A DNA stretch of 64,000 nucleotides, taken from Eledone cirrhosa. Its lineage: Eukaryota. Below the pieces are notes generated by a model that worked only from the letters and a program-made list of their open reading frames with translations, was not told where the DNA came from and did not search any database. The position numbers and the translations under genes were made by a program. The stretch is from NCBI GenBank assembly GCA_964016885.1, contig OZ024740.1, positions 284,828,001 through 284,892,000 of the forward strand, given 5' to 3'. This document shows positions 12,405 through 26,050 of the stretch, piece by piece (positions within the stretch are counted from its first letter, which is position 1; each line of letters begins with the position of its first letter).

Positions 12405-13105
12405 GGAACTGGATGGCTATGTTATGAGGAGGGACAAGCCAGTTGGCCGCACCGAACCCATCTCACAATAGAACCATGTTTTTTGAGCCCATCACACAGT
12501 GAAACCATAGTTTTGGAGCTCAGTTCTGGATGGTCCCGATACGAGGAGCGTAACCCATCTCACAGCATAGCCACAGTTTTGGGTCCTGGTACTGGGTGGC
12601 ACCGCTATGAGGAGGGGTGGTCAGTCAGCCACCCCTCCTCATAGTAGTTTTGGGGCCTGGTACGGGATGACACCACTATGCAAAGGGACCAGTGATACCA
12701 CTATGAGGAGGGACAGGCCAGTTGGCCATGGCAAACCCTTCTCACAGCAACAACCCAGTTTCAAAGCCAGGCACTCTCCATGCGATGGACACTTCTCAGT
12801 ACAAAACCAGACTGGATGGCACCGCTATGAGAAGGGACAGGCTAGTTGGCCACACCAAACCCTTCACACAGCAGACCCTCAGTTCAGGTATTGGATGCCG
12901 TGTGACTCCACTATGAGGAAGGACAGGCCAGTTGGCCGTGCCTAACCCATCTCACAGCAGAACCACAGTTTCAGAGCCCGGCACTGGTGACACCACTATG
13001 AGAAGGGACAGGCCAGTGGACCGTGCTGAACTCCTCTCACAGTGGCACACCAGTTTTGGAGCCAGGCACTCTCCATGCGACAGACACTTCTCAATACAAA
13101 ACCAG
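12405..13105. repeat. Degenerate GC-rich minisatellite (~75-80 bp unit, roughly 8 units)
   Basis: Recurrent CTATGAGGAGGGACAGGCCAGTTGGCC...CCCATCTCACAGCA core, attached to a minus-strand RTE-like tail at 12265-12405. Confidence 0.85.
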
Positions 13106-13784
13106 ATAACCACATGTGAATCCATCACGCAACGAACCCTTATACATCTTGAAAAAAGAAAATATCTTTCATGAGGTGTGCAATTACTTGTTGTCAATAA
13201 ATGTGATCTCACTGAGTAAGAAACTTTCACATCCACATCCTCCAAACACATTTAATTTCACCATTTGTTTTACATTTTAACAAAAGAAAATATCTTTTAT
13301 GAGTTGTGCAATTATGTGTTGTCAATAAATGTGATCTCACTGAGTATAAAACTTCCAGAACTATTTCCTACTTCATATATTGAGATCTGCAGTCGTCAAG
13401 GTTGATTGCATTGTTTTCCAGAATATACCAATGTGTCATTTGGCTATTCTCCTGTTAATTGTGTGGAGTACTGAAGCTATGATTTATTCCCAGGTTTGAT
13501 ATTTTGAAGTGCAATACCAATATGATGATGTTGTCTGAGCTTACAAATCACACGAACCAATACCAAATAATTTTGGCTGTAAACATGTATTCATTATGTT
13601 TTCTCTTTTATAATAATGAAATTATTGTGTACAGTGCTCAGGTGCATTACAACTCATCAATTAGCTTGCAATTAGCTGAAAGAGTTTAACTGTCTCAGTT
13701 CATTTATATTTCTCTTATACAAGTTGCTTTACTTTTCTATGCAAGACAAGTTGTGGAAGTCAAGAAGAATAACTCTTGTAATAA

Positions 13785-14000
13785 TGATTTCTACTATAGG
13801 CACAAGGCCAGCAATTTGGGGAGCGGAGAAAGTCAAATTAGATCGACCCCCAGTGCATTACAGGTGCTTTATTCTATTGACCCTGTAAGGATGAAAGGCA
13901 AAGCTAGCCTCAGCATGATTTGAACTCAGATCGTAAAGGGGTGTAACTATATGCCAAAACGTATAGGGTCCGATGCTCAACTGATACAGCCAATCCACCA
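13785..14000 (-). mobile_element. tRNA-derived SINE family B; further copies at ~3390-3540, 17410-17560, 18660-19070, 23033-23220, 26212-26580, 29755-29835, 33650-33752, 38893-39060, 51492-51985, 52975-53090, 53850-53950, 60345-60500, 62742-62935
   Basis: Shared GGTGGATTGGCAGTATCGGTAGAG head, B box GAGTTCAAATCC, central TTTGCCTTTCATCCTTACGGGGTCGATAAAATAAAGTACCAG and tail GGCCTTGTGCCAAAAGTAGAAACAATTAT. Confidence 0.9.
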
Positions 14001-16050
14001 TGCTACTTTGTTCTATATTGATTGTCATAAATAATGTTTTCCAATCCTGAGTAGTACAAATAGTAACAACAATGACAGCTATAATAGTAACAAAAGCAGT
14101 TTTAACAGTTACAGTAATAACAACAGTAGCTATCTCACATGAATCCATCAGAAAATCAAAGAAATCGCTGAATAAATTATATAGACAATAAATATTCCCA
14201 TAACTTTTATTCTGTGGTTTGAATCTGCAGTTATTCTTGTTATTTGACTGTCAGGGCAACATATATGCACATAACAAATTTCAAGTGTTTATTTTTCTTG
14301 TATTTTATTGTCATAATATTAGTTAGATTTCCTCCTTCTCAAATTGCTCTAGTGACCTAGACACCTGCAAGCACGTAAGGAGATTTTATACTAACCAACT
14401 GGAATTCCAATAATCCTACTCACATCTTTTACATTTTAAAATGAAACATTTTTATGACATGATTTAGACAAAAGTGTGACCTGTTTAGTTTGATCCCATT
14501 TTTGGGAGAGCAAGAAAAAATGTTCTCTAATTAGGAGGTCTTGGTGCACCCAATTACCACATCTTAAGGTGAGAATTTGTTTATCTTTTAAGTTCTCTTC
14601 AGAAGCATAACTTTACTCAGAATAGTATTTGAACCCCTGTTACTGGTTTTTCTTTAGTAAAGCCAGTGAATAACTAACTGTTTACAAGCTCAATAAAATA
14701 ATAATTTTTTTACTATTAACCTCAGTTTTAGATGATATTTTTTTTAATATGAAAAAACTTTCATCTCTAAATTAATTGTCTGAAAACATTATTCTTATAA
14801 ATAACTTATGACACATCATAAACTTTGCTTAAACCAAATTCCATGTTTAGCTAAATATTTCTGTCACTTTAAAATGTAAATATAATTAACTGTATTTCAC
14901 ATTTTAAACATGGTTTAAAACCAATAGCAAAGTATGAGTTCTGTGTTTACAAGATCTGTTGAAAGTAACTCCTTTGCTGGAACAATAACTGGGACACTAT
15001 GTTGTAATATAATTTTCCTATTTGAATGAAAGAAGCTATAATATAAAATAGGAATGCCTTCAACTGTTTGTGCTGAGACCACTCGCTGCAGGTCTGCCTA
15101 AATTGAGGTCTATCGATTAATCCATTTGCCTATTTATGATATCAGCACCAGGTATTTTCTTTGACATGCGCCTCTTAAAAATATAATCAAATGTGGTTTG
15201 AACACGGATGGAATTAGGAATTAGAGGGGTTTCACAATCTTCTCATTTTGAAGTGATCTCCCTAAAATAGGATGTAACCAGCAGCAAAACTTTCTCCAAC
15301 AGTAACCTGGTGAAATTGGTATCATACTCAGACTGCTTTGCCTGACAGGTTGAAGATCCCGAACTGACAAAATACCAGCTGCACTCTGATAGGTTTCTTG
15401 TTGAATGTATTGTGGTAGAAATATCAGGCATCCTGGGCACATGAACAACCACCCTAATCACTTTAATCAGGAAAGAGATTGCCATCCACAAGAACAAACC
15501 TCACATGGCAAACTGCCAGGACAAATCATTGCATGACACACTGATTTCTTTTGTTTATTGTATTCAATCAATATATTAATAGTAAGAAAAAAGTAGCAGC
15601 TGCTGATAGAAATAACATCCCATATAATGAGTTAGAAGTGACATACTAATTGATACAAATTGCTAAACAACCATATAAAAAAACTATTAACATTAACATT
15701 TAGTATATAGTATATTTGATAATGAATTAAGTCTGATTGCAAAGATAAAATACTTTGTTTTGAAAAAGTCTCTTCATTTAGTTTGTTTGCTGATGTTATT
15801 TCTACTGTTTGTCTGTGAACAAACATTTATATTTTTAATGTAAATCTATTATGGCTGTAAGCCATAATGGATTTCAAGAGGCTATAAGTGCATCCTGTCT
15901 CAGGAATGGAAGAATGCATAATTTCTACAAATACTGACATGTATTGGCTATATAATGCTTTCATTTAATAGAACTTCCAATTTATGCAGGAAAGCAAGAT
16001 AAAAAAATAGTGACATTCCTGACGGATATTAGCAACATAAATGAAGAACC

Positions 16051-16871
16051 ATGTATACTCAAATATAAGCTGAGGAATTTGTGACCAAAAAAATCGATAG
16101 TAAAATTCAGAATTTTGACAATTTTTACCAACTTCAAATTCTAGGTAAATAAGGTGCTAAAATATCTGGAATGATTATTTTACAGTGAAACACTGTTTTC
16201 CTACATTTAATACATCGTCATTAGTGCTAACACATGCATTCCCTTGAAATTATTTCCAACAAATTTTTGTAATTGAACTTTTTAATAAATATTCCATATA
16301 CATACATGCATATACACGTATGCATACACACACAAGTACATGAACACCGACTGTTTTTCTCTGACTTAATATTTTTCTTTCAATCTTACTTGCGTTTTAT
16401 TGCTCTCACTCTCTATCCTTCTCTCATTCTTGCCCTCTTTTTCTTGCTCTGCCCCCCCCCCCCTCTCTCTCACTTGCTGTCTCTCTCTCCCTCTTCTACT
16501 CTATAAATCCCTATACAAAGTTCTTTTATTTGATCTCTTGCTTTTAACTACCCCCAGTATGTGAGTAGCCAGAAGTAAACAAAAATTTGAGAAACTTGTT
16601 GAAATTATAAGACAGATGAAATGGTAAAAAAATCATTACTTAATGGAGTTGTGAAACAAAAATTGTACTCTAAACGACACTTAAAACATTTTAAACATCA
16701 AAATATCAAACTTCATAAATATATTCTATACTCATGAGAATTTCAAAACCACGTCATCTCAACATAATGTATTGATTAGCTGCCTCAGCTTATAAATGGG
16801 GTTGGGATTTTTGCCAATTTTTCAGACATAAAAAAAAAGGGGGGTCAGCTTATATTCAAATATATACAGTA
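16051..16871. mobile_element. pogo/Tigger-like non-autonomous DNA transposon
   Basis: Imperfect TIRs TGTATACTCAAATATAAGCTGA / TCAGCTTATATTCAAATATATACAGTA. 16490-16870 recurs in inverted orientation at ~49820-50205. Confidence 0.7.
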
Positions 16872-19800
16872 ATTATATTTGTATCATCAGTTTGATTCAC
16901 CTAAAGCTCACAACAGCACCCTTTATATTACTGAATATATGACAACTTACTCAAAGTGCACATGAATCAAATGTTTCAGAAAAAAATCAGATAATCCAAC
17001 AAATAATGGACCCTCTAACTAATTCAATATTCTTGCCAAAACCCTACCTCAACTCAGATATGGAATCACTATAAAGGGACCATTCTTCACAGGTTAAATT
17101 CTTATCGAATCTATATAAGAGAGGTGTCAAGTTTATAACAACACTAAAGAAACTGTTATATGACATTTAAATTTTGGTACTTAAGGTCAAATGGCATGAC
17201 GATCTTCCCATTCTACAGGAGTAGACTGGGGTGCTGCATGCTGTGACACCATCTTTAGTGGCAACCTGGTGCATTTGGCTACCAGCCTAGGCTCTCTCAT
17301 GTAGAATTCATACTAACTGTAAGTCACTCAAAAACATCTGATTGTATCACTTTTTGATTTGATGAAAGTTCTACTATTTGAAATATATTTCTAAACTATG
17401 TGAGCAGTTATAGGATTGAATTGTCAGTCATTAAAACATTGGAGAGAGTGCTTTGAGGTATTTGTTCTGGCTCTCTACTCTTTCAGTTCAAATCCTGCTG
17501 AGGTCAACTTTGCCTTTCATCCATTCGAGGTTGATAAAAAAGTACCAGTCTAGTACTGGGCTAGATTCTTCCTCTATATCTTTCTCACACTCTCTGGAAT
17601 AAATCTGCTGTACTCTGGCCTAGCGAGGGGATGGGCTCCACCATGTTTAAAGAATGGCGTAAGAAATGCCATATATCAATATCGCACCCCTACGACTCCC
17701 TCATGACTTATGAGTCCATATCATATCATGAGCAGTTATATATGATGCCATAAGATAGCATAGTACTTGTAAATTCATTTGAATAAAAGTTATATTTAAT
17801 AATAGCAAGTAATGAAAATTACATCATTAAAAACTTATTTTTCTCTAATTAAAAATTAATACTCTGCAGCACTCTAGAAATATTAATCAGCTTGTGACAT
17901 TAAAAAAAAAACATACATTTACATTTCACTCATGTAAAACCAGAAATTCAGGTTACTTTCACCAGAGTTTGTTATTATAAATCAAACCAATTTTACTGAC
18001 AACAATACCAGTCTTTAAGTATTTAGGAAGCAATTTTCACAAGAAATATAAATGTTTTTCTATTGAGAGGCTTATGAATATGTACAAATATTTTCTGGGC
18101 AATTTCAAAAGCCAACATCATGTATTTTTTATATAATCATTAATTTGTTTGTCTTTTCTTTGATGTTTGATGTTTTTTTTCCCCCTCCTATTTAGAGCAT
18201 TTTAATGGTGTTAGTAATGTTGATGCTTAATTATAGTGGTGATGATGATGGTGACTTTGAATTCCTATCTTTCATCAAACATAAATAAAGCATGATCACT
18301 ATATTTTACTATAACTTATTCTCCACATGCTTTAGATCAACTAGGTTTTCGAATTTAAATTACTTTCTACACATGAAGATAGTTTTCTGCAATTACAACC
18401 CATATGCAAAAGTGAAAAATGTTCTTTAGAAGTCTTTCAGAAACATCCAATCCTAGATAATTATTAACTTCTTCAAGGTATCTATCAAAACCATTTTTTT
18501 TTTTAATTTTAGATTCATATTTAATATTTTGATAATTGTAAAATCTGCTCTGTACCCATTGATTGCCCTAATTAACTAATATTGACGTTCTCTCATCTAC
18601 ATTCTTACCAGCCTGCATATAATTGATTTTTTTAAAGAGGTGACTCATCTATTTATTATTAAGTGGTTGATGGCAGAATCAGTAGAACTGTGAATAAAAT
18701 GCTTTGCTGTACTTAGTTTATTGTTTTATGTTGAAATCTTGCCAAGGTTAACTTTGTCTTTCTTCAAGGGTCAATAAAATAAGTACTAGTTAAATACTAG
18801 AATCTATTCACTTGAATATTCCCTCTCCCAAAATTTGTGACCTTGTGTATCTACTAGAAACCATTATTATTACGGTGGATTGGCAGTATCGGTAGAGGGT
18901 TGGACGCCATGTTTTGACGCATAGAGTTACGGCCGTTACCATTCTGAGTTCAAATCCCACAGGGGTTAACTTTGCCTTTCATACTTACGGGGTCGATAAA
19001 AAAATAAAGTACCAGTAATGCACTGGGTAATTGCTGGCCTTGTGCCAAACGTAGAAACAATTATTATTACAAAATTACTCATGTTTTTAACAGTTTCATG
19101 AAAGTTTCTACATCTCTTTGTTCCTAAGTTATAAGCTGCATTGTCTTTTAAGGATGTGGGATGGTGTTACATCTAATTTGCTGTGTGAATTGTGTTAGTT
19201 TATTGCATAGAAAAATTGAATTGCTAGTCTCTTGCATATGATGTGGGCTATGCCTAATAAAACTATTTTTAGAACTGTGTGTAAAGTTGTTGTTTAGATC
19301 CAGGACAACACTGATTAAATATACCAAAAGTAATCAAACCATGTCTATCTCATCTTTTTAGGAGCATGTAGAATTACATTATCTAATGTGTCCTTGTATT
19401 TGAAACAGCAGAGTGCAATCCGAGACAATTGAATGCTATTTGTAGTAGAAACGGGCAGCCATACAGGTTTCCTTATGATTCTATTTGTAAAGCCTTGATA
19501 TGATTTTTTATGCTCTTCTTTATCATACTCAGTGCAGATTATTATTTGTACTGTTTTTATTCTCTTACTTTCAAGGTGTTCATAGTTTGATAATTTTTTG
19601 GCTTCTTTTGTGATATTTTGGTTACATACAAGTGAATGTACATACATCAGAGTAAGCTTTTCATTCATATCTTTTATTATGGTATAAGGATAGCTTTCTT
19701 TATCTCTTTGTTAGTCTGGACAGGCATCTTCTTCCTCACCCACTTATTCCTGAGAGGGTCGTGGGGACAGAGTCCTCAAACACTCCATCCAGCGGGTCCT

Positions 19801-20399
19801 GGCAGAAGCAACCGTCTCCAATTGAACTGACTGGATCCCCAAGTGTGACCAGCCAGGCTCATAGATGTTATCCAACAGTCTTGTTTGGGGTTTACCCCTG
19901 GGTCTCTTGTCTGTTGGTTTTGCTCGTAAAATTTATCCAGCAACTCTTTCCTGTTACATTCTAACCACATGCCTATAGTATTGGAGCTGTGATCTCTCAA
20001 TTCGGAGAAGTAGCTGCTCTACCTGGAGTGACTCTCTGATCTCCAAGCTATGTACTTTATCAGGCATGTCTCAGATTATTGTAACCAGAGCCTTTTCACC
20101 AGATTTGGTGCATGTTTGTACCATTTATTCTTAGATATATTTATTATCTAACAGATGTAACAGCATACCTAGGTATGTCGTCTGTAAATATAGTCTGTCT
20201 TGTCAAAGACTGAGCAAATAAAAATGATGTAATCAATTATTTCTCAGTGCTAGCTGACTGCAGAGTCTGCCATTCATTATTTCATTACTTTATTTTTGTG
20301 TTTGTGTGTGTGTGACTAGACATTGATTATGTGCAGCTCAAATCAGGTCTTTCATTTTTGTTTTTAGCCCAGAGCTTTTGAGTCATTGTTGGTTTTCAT

Positions 20400-21560
20400 G
20401 TTGACTTACTTCCTCTCTATTTAGTATTTCCTGAATGTGATTTGTGACTCACTGCAAAATTAGTGTGACAATCAATACCATTATGGTGCATGTGCTTTGT
20501 GTTTTCATGGATAAGGTGGAGTGATACTGTTTTTTGTTTTTGCTATTGTTTTTAAAACACTTTTGTAAAACAATTCAGGAGTGTTGTTGTTAATTCTATT
20601 TGCAGTTGTAGGGGCTATGTGAGTTGGATACAACTACCATGAAATCCCCTCCACCTTTTTTTTTTTAATTAAATTATGTTTTTGATTGTTTAAGGTGCAT
20701 GTATGTGTGAAGCCTATCAAGATAAGAGAGGGAATTGTTTCAAAATATGTGAATTTTTTGAGATTTGCAGCAAATAAAAATTGTTGTGTAGTGTTCATGA
20801 TAAATCTTATGCATTGATGTAGCTTCCTTACTCTGTCTGAATATTGTGCCAGTAGATGATCAGTTTAATTATAGCTTTGCTTTAACTATTATGTTGTTAA
20901 TGTAATTTGTTACCAAAAATTTTCAATGAAATGTATTAGTCTGTTGGTTTTATTAACAGAGACATAATTTAGAAAACAAATATAGAGTTGTTGGGGAGTA
21001 TAATAGCAGTTGATTTGTATGGCACTATTGTTTATGTGGCTATCAGAGGAAGTAATTGATATGTTGTCGATATAGGATGCTATACATACACTCTAAGAAA
21101 ACCCAAGGAAGGCTGTATATATCTAGGTTGAAGAGGAAAAGTAATAGGACAGAACCTTGCAGCATTCCATTTCAAAAGTCAATCAGTTTCTTGAGGATTT
21201 TGTTGTTTATTTAATTCAGGTTCCGTTTTCTGGACAGTAATAAGCCAGCCAACATTTAATGCTATCACCATTTAAAGTTTATTCTCTGTTTCATTTTTTT
21301 AGTTATTTTACGAGGATATTTTTTTTAATGAATCAAAGAAGGTGCACAATGGAGGTTTTTATATATTGCTGAAGCAATCTAGTATTAATTGTGAGAGATT
21401 ATAAATAGCAATGAAGTGGAGTGTAAAGGTTAGAAAATACAATGCATGTTGAAAAGAAATCTGTGATATCACAAATCTTGAGGGTATACATAGAAAATGT
21501 TGGGCTAATAGGATGTAGTATTGAATAGTGTAAAAATTAGTAGAGATAACAATTATTGAA
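20400..21560 (-). mobile_element. Ancient decayed Jockey/I-like LINE RT region
   Basis: Minus strand near 21050-21175 reads NGMLQGSVLLLFLFNL...SYIDNISITSS (cf. GVPQGSVLSP.LFN...YADD). Boundaries uncertain. Confidence 0.5.
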
Positions 21561-21576
21561 ACAATAGCAGATTTAA

Positions 21577-21771
21577 CCCTTTAGCATTTAAACCAGCTGT
21601 ATCTGGCCGGAATTCTTTCACTTCTTTCTGTTCAAACCGGCTTCTCATACTTATGTTATGGTATTATACTCAAAATAAATAATATCAAAATCTCGTAGAT
21701 TCACTATTATGTGAAATAATTATGTAAAATAAAGCCTTTACCATGAAAATATAATAGTAAATGCTAAAGGG
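21577..21771. mobile_element. piggyBac-type MITE, complete; partial copy at ~29050-29225
   Basis: TTAA target duplication on both sides and perfect 14-bp TIRs CCCTTTAGCATTTA / TAAATGCTAAAGGG. Confidence 0.9.
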
Positions 21772-23414
21772 TTAAACTCATTAAATTCAAAAGGGAAATT
21801 TCTAGAGCTTAATATATTAATATCAAAAATGGAAAAATTTCAGAAGTTGAATGTTATATAAAGATTTTCTGGGGCATAATTTAATTAATGAGGAAGTGTA
21901 TAATCCATGACCTTTATAAAGCCTCCAACGCTAGTGTAAAAAGAGAGGAATCCTCAAATTAGAGAACTGGCTTGAATCTTTCTAACAGGATGGCATGGAC
22001 TCTGCTAAATACACTCAAGAGACAGGTTATAGGTTATATCTACCACCCAAAAACAAGAATGGCCCCTCTGATGGGCTTCCACAGATTCCCTCTACCAAAT
22101 TTGACTCACAAGGTTTTGTCCAATCAGATACTATGGTAAAAGACAAATGCTTAAGGTGCAACACAGTAGGGTTTAATCTGAAACCAAGTAGTTGCAAAGT
22201 GAACTTCTTAACTACATATTCTTGCTTGTATCCACCACTAAGAAAAAAAGTTAAACATACTTTGTGGAAATTTGGTGGAATGTTGTTCGTTTACAGCATT
22301 TTAAAACTGAGTCCCATGAAAATACTTCTTTCAATATTTATATTGCTTGTGTAACTGAGAATTATGTAATTTGGTACATATATTGTAGATATTTGTTTTG
22401 CTTTCATGTTTCACAAGAATTTAATAGCTATTCTCATTTTCAGAGTCATCAGTTTAAGTGAATTTTTTAGTTTCAAATTACTGAGATTCTATTATTAATT
22501 CTATACTGGTAGCCACTCTCAATGCCAGCCTTCAGAATTTAAAACTATCATACATAAAGTCGGGTCTTCTGTATTACTGTGTAATAAATATATATATTTA
22601 TGAAGACCCTTCAGTCATATCAAGGACATGACAACCTCCCTAGTGTTTGTGATTCACAAAATAAGTAGATACTTTAAATGAAATTTTTCACTTGACCAAC
22701 ATGTCTTTAATCCTGAACATTCCAAACCACTACATAAAATATTCAGTGTACTAATTTACTGGTCAATATTTACTTGTGTTGTGTTTATATATATATATAT
22801 AAATTAGCAGTAGCCAATTAATACCAGCCAAGTCAAGCATGCACTATAGGCAAATGAACTTCTGCAATAGATGTTTTATATACATACAGTATAGAAGCTA
22901 TAGATCATTCTAGTCTCAGTACCGAGTTAATAAACATCACTAATGAGAGATTGAAAAATCTCTAAACACTAGTGTCTGGCTTTCTCACACCTCTACTGAA
23001 ATAGCTGTGATATGATCACAGCTTAAAAGTTATAATTGTTTCTACATTTGGCACAAGGCCAGCAATTATCCCAGTGTATTACTGGTACTTTATTTTATCG
23101 ACCCCGTAAGGATGAAAGGCAAAGTTAACCTCAGCGGGATTAGAACTCAGACCATAAAGGGACATAACTCTTTGCTGCAAAGCATGGCGTCCGACCCTCT
23201 ACCAATACTGCCAATCCACAAATGTTTTTAATGGCAACACGACCTACTCAAAATATAGCTTCCTCTCTCTCTCTCTATATATATATATATTATATTAAGT
23301 ATGAATCAAGGTAGTAGCTGCCATATAGCAGGTACTAATTGAATTAAGGAAATCACAAAGTACTGGATAGAGTGGTATGTTAATACATTACCATCTAGAG
23401 TAAACACAGAATAT

Positions 23415-23715
23415 ATCATCATCACCGTTGTACGTCCATTCTTCCACGCTAGCATGGGTTAGACGGGTTGTCCTGTTGTGGGAAATGCTAGGTCAGGTCA
23501 GCATATCTTGCTCATACAGAACTGATTTTGGCTTGATTTCTAGTTGGATGCCCTTCCTAACACCAACCTCAATAATAGTGAGTACTGGGTGCTTTTTGAT
23601 GTGACACCTACATGACCACTTTACAGTGGGAGAGGGGTGGTGGCATACTGTCTATATACTTCAGCTTCGGCTTGTGCCCGTGGGAAGTCGGGTCTTCTGT
23701 ATTACTGTGTAATAA
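23415..23715 (-). mobile_element. RTE family 1 LINE 3' UTR fragment
   Basis: (ATC)n tail plus the family 3' UTR in reverse orientation, matching 36520-36880. Confidence 0.8.
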
Positions 23716-24097
23716 ATATATATATTTATGAAGACCCTTCAGTCATATCAAGGACATGACAACCTCCCTAGTGTTTGTGATTCACAAAATAAAAATGCAC
23801 ACAGTACATGATATAAAGTGGTTGGTGATAGGAAGGGTATCCAGCCATAGAAATATTGCCAAATAAAGGATTGGGAGGACTCACAGTTGTGTCAAAGACA
23901 TGACAACCTCTCCTGAGTACTCGGTGGAATGTAAGACTGTACATAAGTGAGACACTGATCCCTAGCCTGCCTGGGAGATCAGTGGCTCAACATCAGTACT
24001 GATTTGGTCTGTATGGACCAGTCCAACCCTTGCTAACAGGGAAAGTGGACATTAAAACAACTATTATGATGATGATACATATATATATATAATTTAT

Positions 24098-26050
24098 AGA
24101 TATGAAGACAGGCAAGACAGCTGGGCCTTCAGAGATAGTTGCTGAGATGTTGAAGGCATCTGGTATGATGGGACACACTATGGTTACCCGTATAGTTAAC
24201 CAAGTAATACAGAATGGGGTCATACCAAAAGACTGGCGTAGCAGCATCATCATTAACTGCTACAAGGGTAAAGGGGAAACTATAGAAGCATTAAGTTAGT
24301 TGACCAGGTCATGAAGGTCACAGAAAGAGTTATAGCGCAACTAATCAGAGAGTGAATTGATCTAGATGAAATGCAGTTTGGGTTTGTGTCAGGTAAAAGT
24401 ACCACAGATGCTCTTTTCCTTGTACGACTACTACAAGAGAAGTACCTAGCTAAAAGTAAACCCCTCTACTTAGCTTTTGTAAACCTGGAGAAAGCCTTTG
24501 ACAGAGTCCCCCCGCTCCATTATCAAAACTAGGTGTAGATGAATGGCTTGTGAGAGCTATACAAGCTATGTATAATGAAACAGTTAGTAAGGTTAGAATT
24601 AACAATGAATATTGTTAAGAATTTAGTGTAAAAGTTGGCGTTCATCAAGGCTCTGTCCTTAGCCCCCTCCTATTTATTATTGCCCTTCAGGCTATAACAG
24701 AGGAGTTCAAGACCGGCTGCCCATGGGAACTCCTATACGCAGATGATCTAACGCTCATAGCTGAATCAATGGCTGAACTAGAGAAGAAATTCCAAACATG
24801 GAAACATGGCCTAGAATAAAAAGGCCTTAAAGTTAACTTGTCTAAGACTAAAGTTCTAGTTTGTAGGAAGGAAAATAGGGCACAGGTGCTCTCAGGGAAA
24901 TGGCCATGCTCAGTGTGTAGGAAAGGAGTAGACAGAAATTCCATTTTATGTCCCAAATGCAAAGTATGAGTACATAAAAAATGTAGTGGGATCACAGGTA
25001 AACTATCTAAGAACGTAGACTTTATGTGACCAATGCTCAGGTGCAATAAGTAACAGGTGTCCACAGGACACTAGCTCCTTCTATTGCCCAGATGGTTCTA
25101 TAGAAATAGTAGACACTTGCCGTTACCTGGGTGACGAAATCAGCAGTGGTGGAGGGTGTTCTGAAAGTACGGTAGCTAGAGTCAGAACAGGATGGAAAAA
25201 GTTAAGAGAGCTTATACTGCTGTTGGCCACAAAAGGTTTCTCTCTAAAAATGAAAGGCAGATTGTATGATGCCTGTATACGAACAGCAATTCTACATGGC
25301 AGTGAGACATGGGCATTGCGTGCAGAGGACCTGCGCAGACTGGAAAGGAACGAAGCATGCATGCTCCGTTGGATGTGTAATAGTAATATACGTGAACGGC
25401 AAAGCATAAATGAACTAAGTGAGAAATTAGGAATAAGAGGGATCAGATGCTGTTTACTTGAGAGAAGACTACGTTTGTATGGTCACGTGATGCGCATGAA
25501 AGACGACAGCTGCATAAAAAAGTGCAGGGCGATCAAAATTGATGGTAACCTGGGACGATCTGATAAATTCCGACCTTACACACTTGCACCTCTCTAAGAC
25601 AATGTCACTGGACCGGGATCTTTGGGGCGGTATGCAGTAATACAAAAGACCCGCCTTGCTTATGTACAAAGCAAAACCTACAGTCAGTAGGCACCTCTTA
25701 ACCAAATATACACCCCAATCCACTACCCCTACCCTATCCTCCCACTCCCACCAACACCACCCTCTCTCTGTAAAGTTGGTACAACAACATCCAGTCCAAA
25801 TAAATGAGATAATGAGATCGAGATCGTGTAGGTGTCACGACAAATGTGGCCGTGTAGGTAACACGGTAAAAAGTTCCCAGTTCCACACTGTAAATTTGGT
25901 TGGTGTTAGGAAGGGCATCCAGTCGTAGAAAGCCTGCCAGATAGTCCTATACGAGCGAGACATGGTCACCTGACCAACCTTGCCTCAAGTGGCACAACTC
26001 CCGTCTAATCCATGCTAGCGTGGAAGATGGACGTTAAACGATGATGATGA
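24098..26050 (+). mobile_element. RTE-type LINE family 1, 5'-truncated and inactivated (RT, PHD-like finger, thumb, 3' UTR)
   Basis: MKTGKTAGPSEI, LEKAFDRVP, GVHQGSVLSPLLF, LYADDL, RYLGD, LHGSETW, RRLRLYGHV motifs with stops and frameshifts; ends in (GAT)n. Confidence 0.95.

Noticed and set aside
15060-15540. Higher-complexity segment with overlapping 75-84 aa ORFs
   Set aside because: No domain motif or splice pair recognised; could be an old repeat.
17355-17395. TTGATGA...TGAAAT hammerhead-like trace (also CTGAAGA at ~58194)
   Set aside because: Core and stems are too degraded to support a call.
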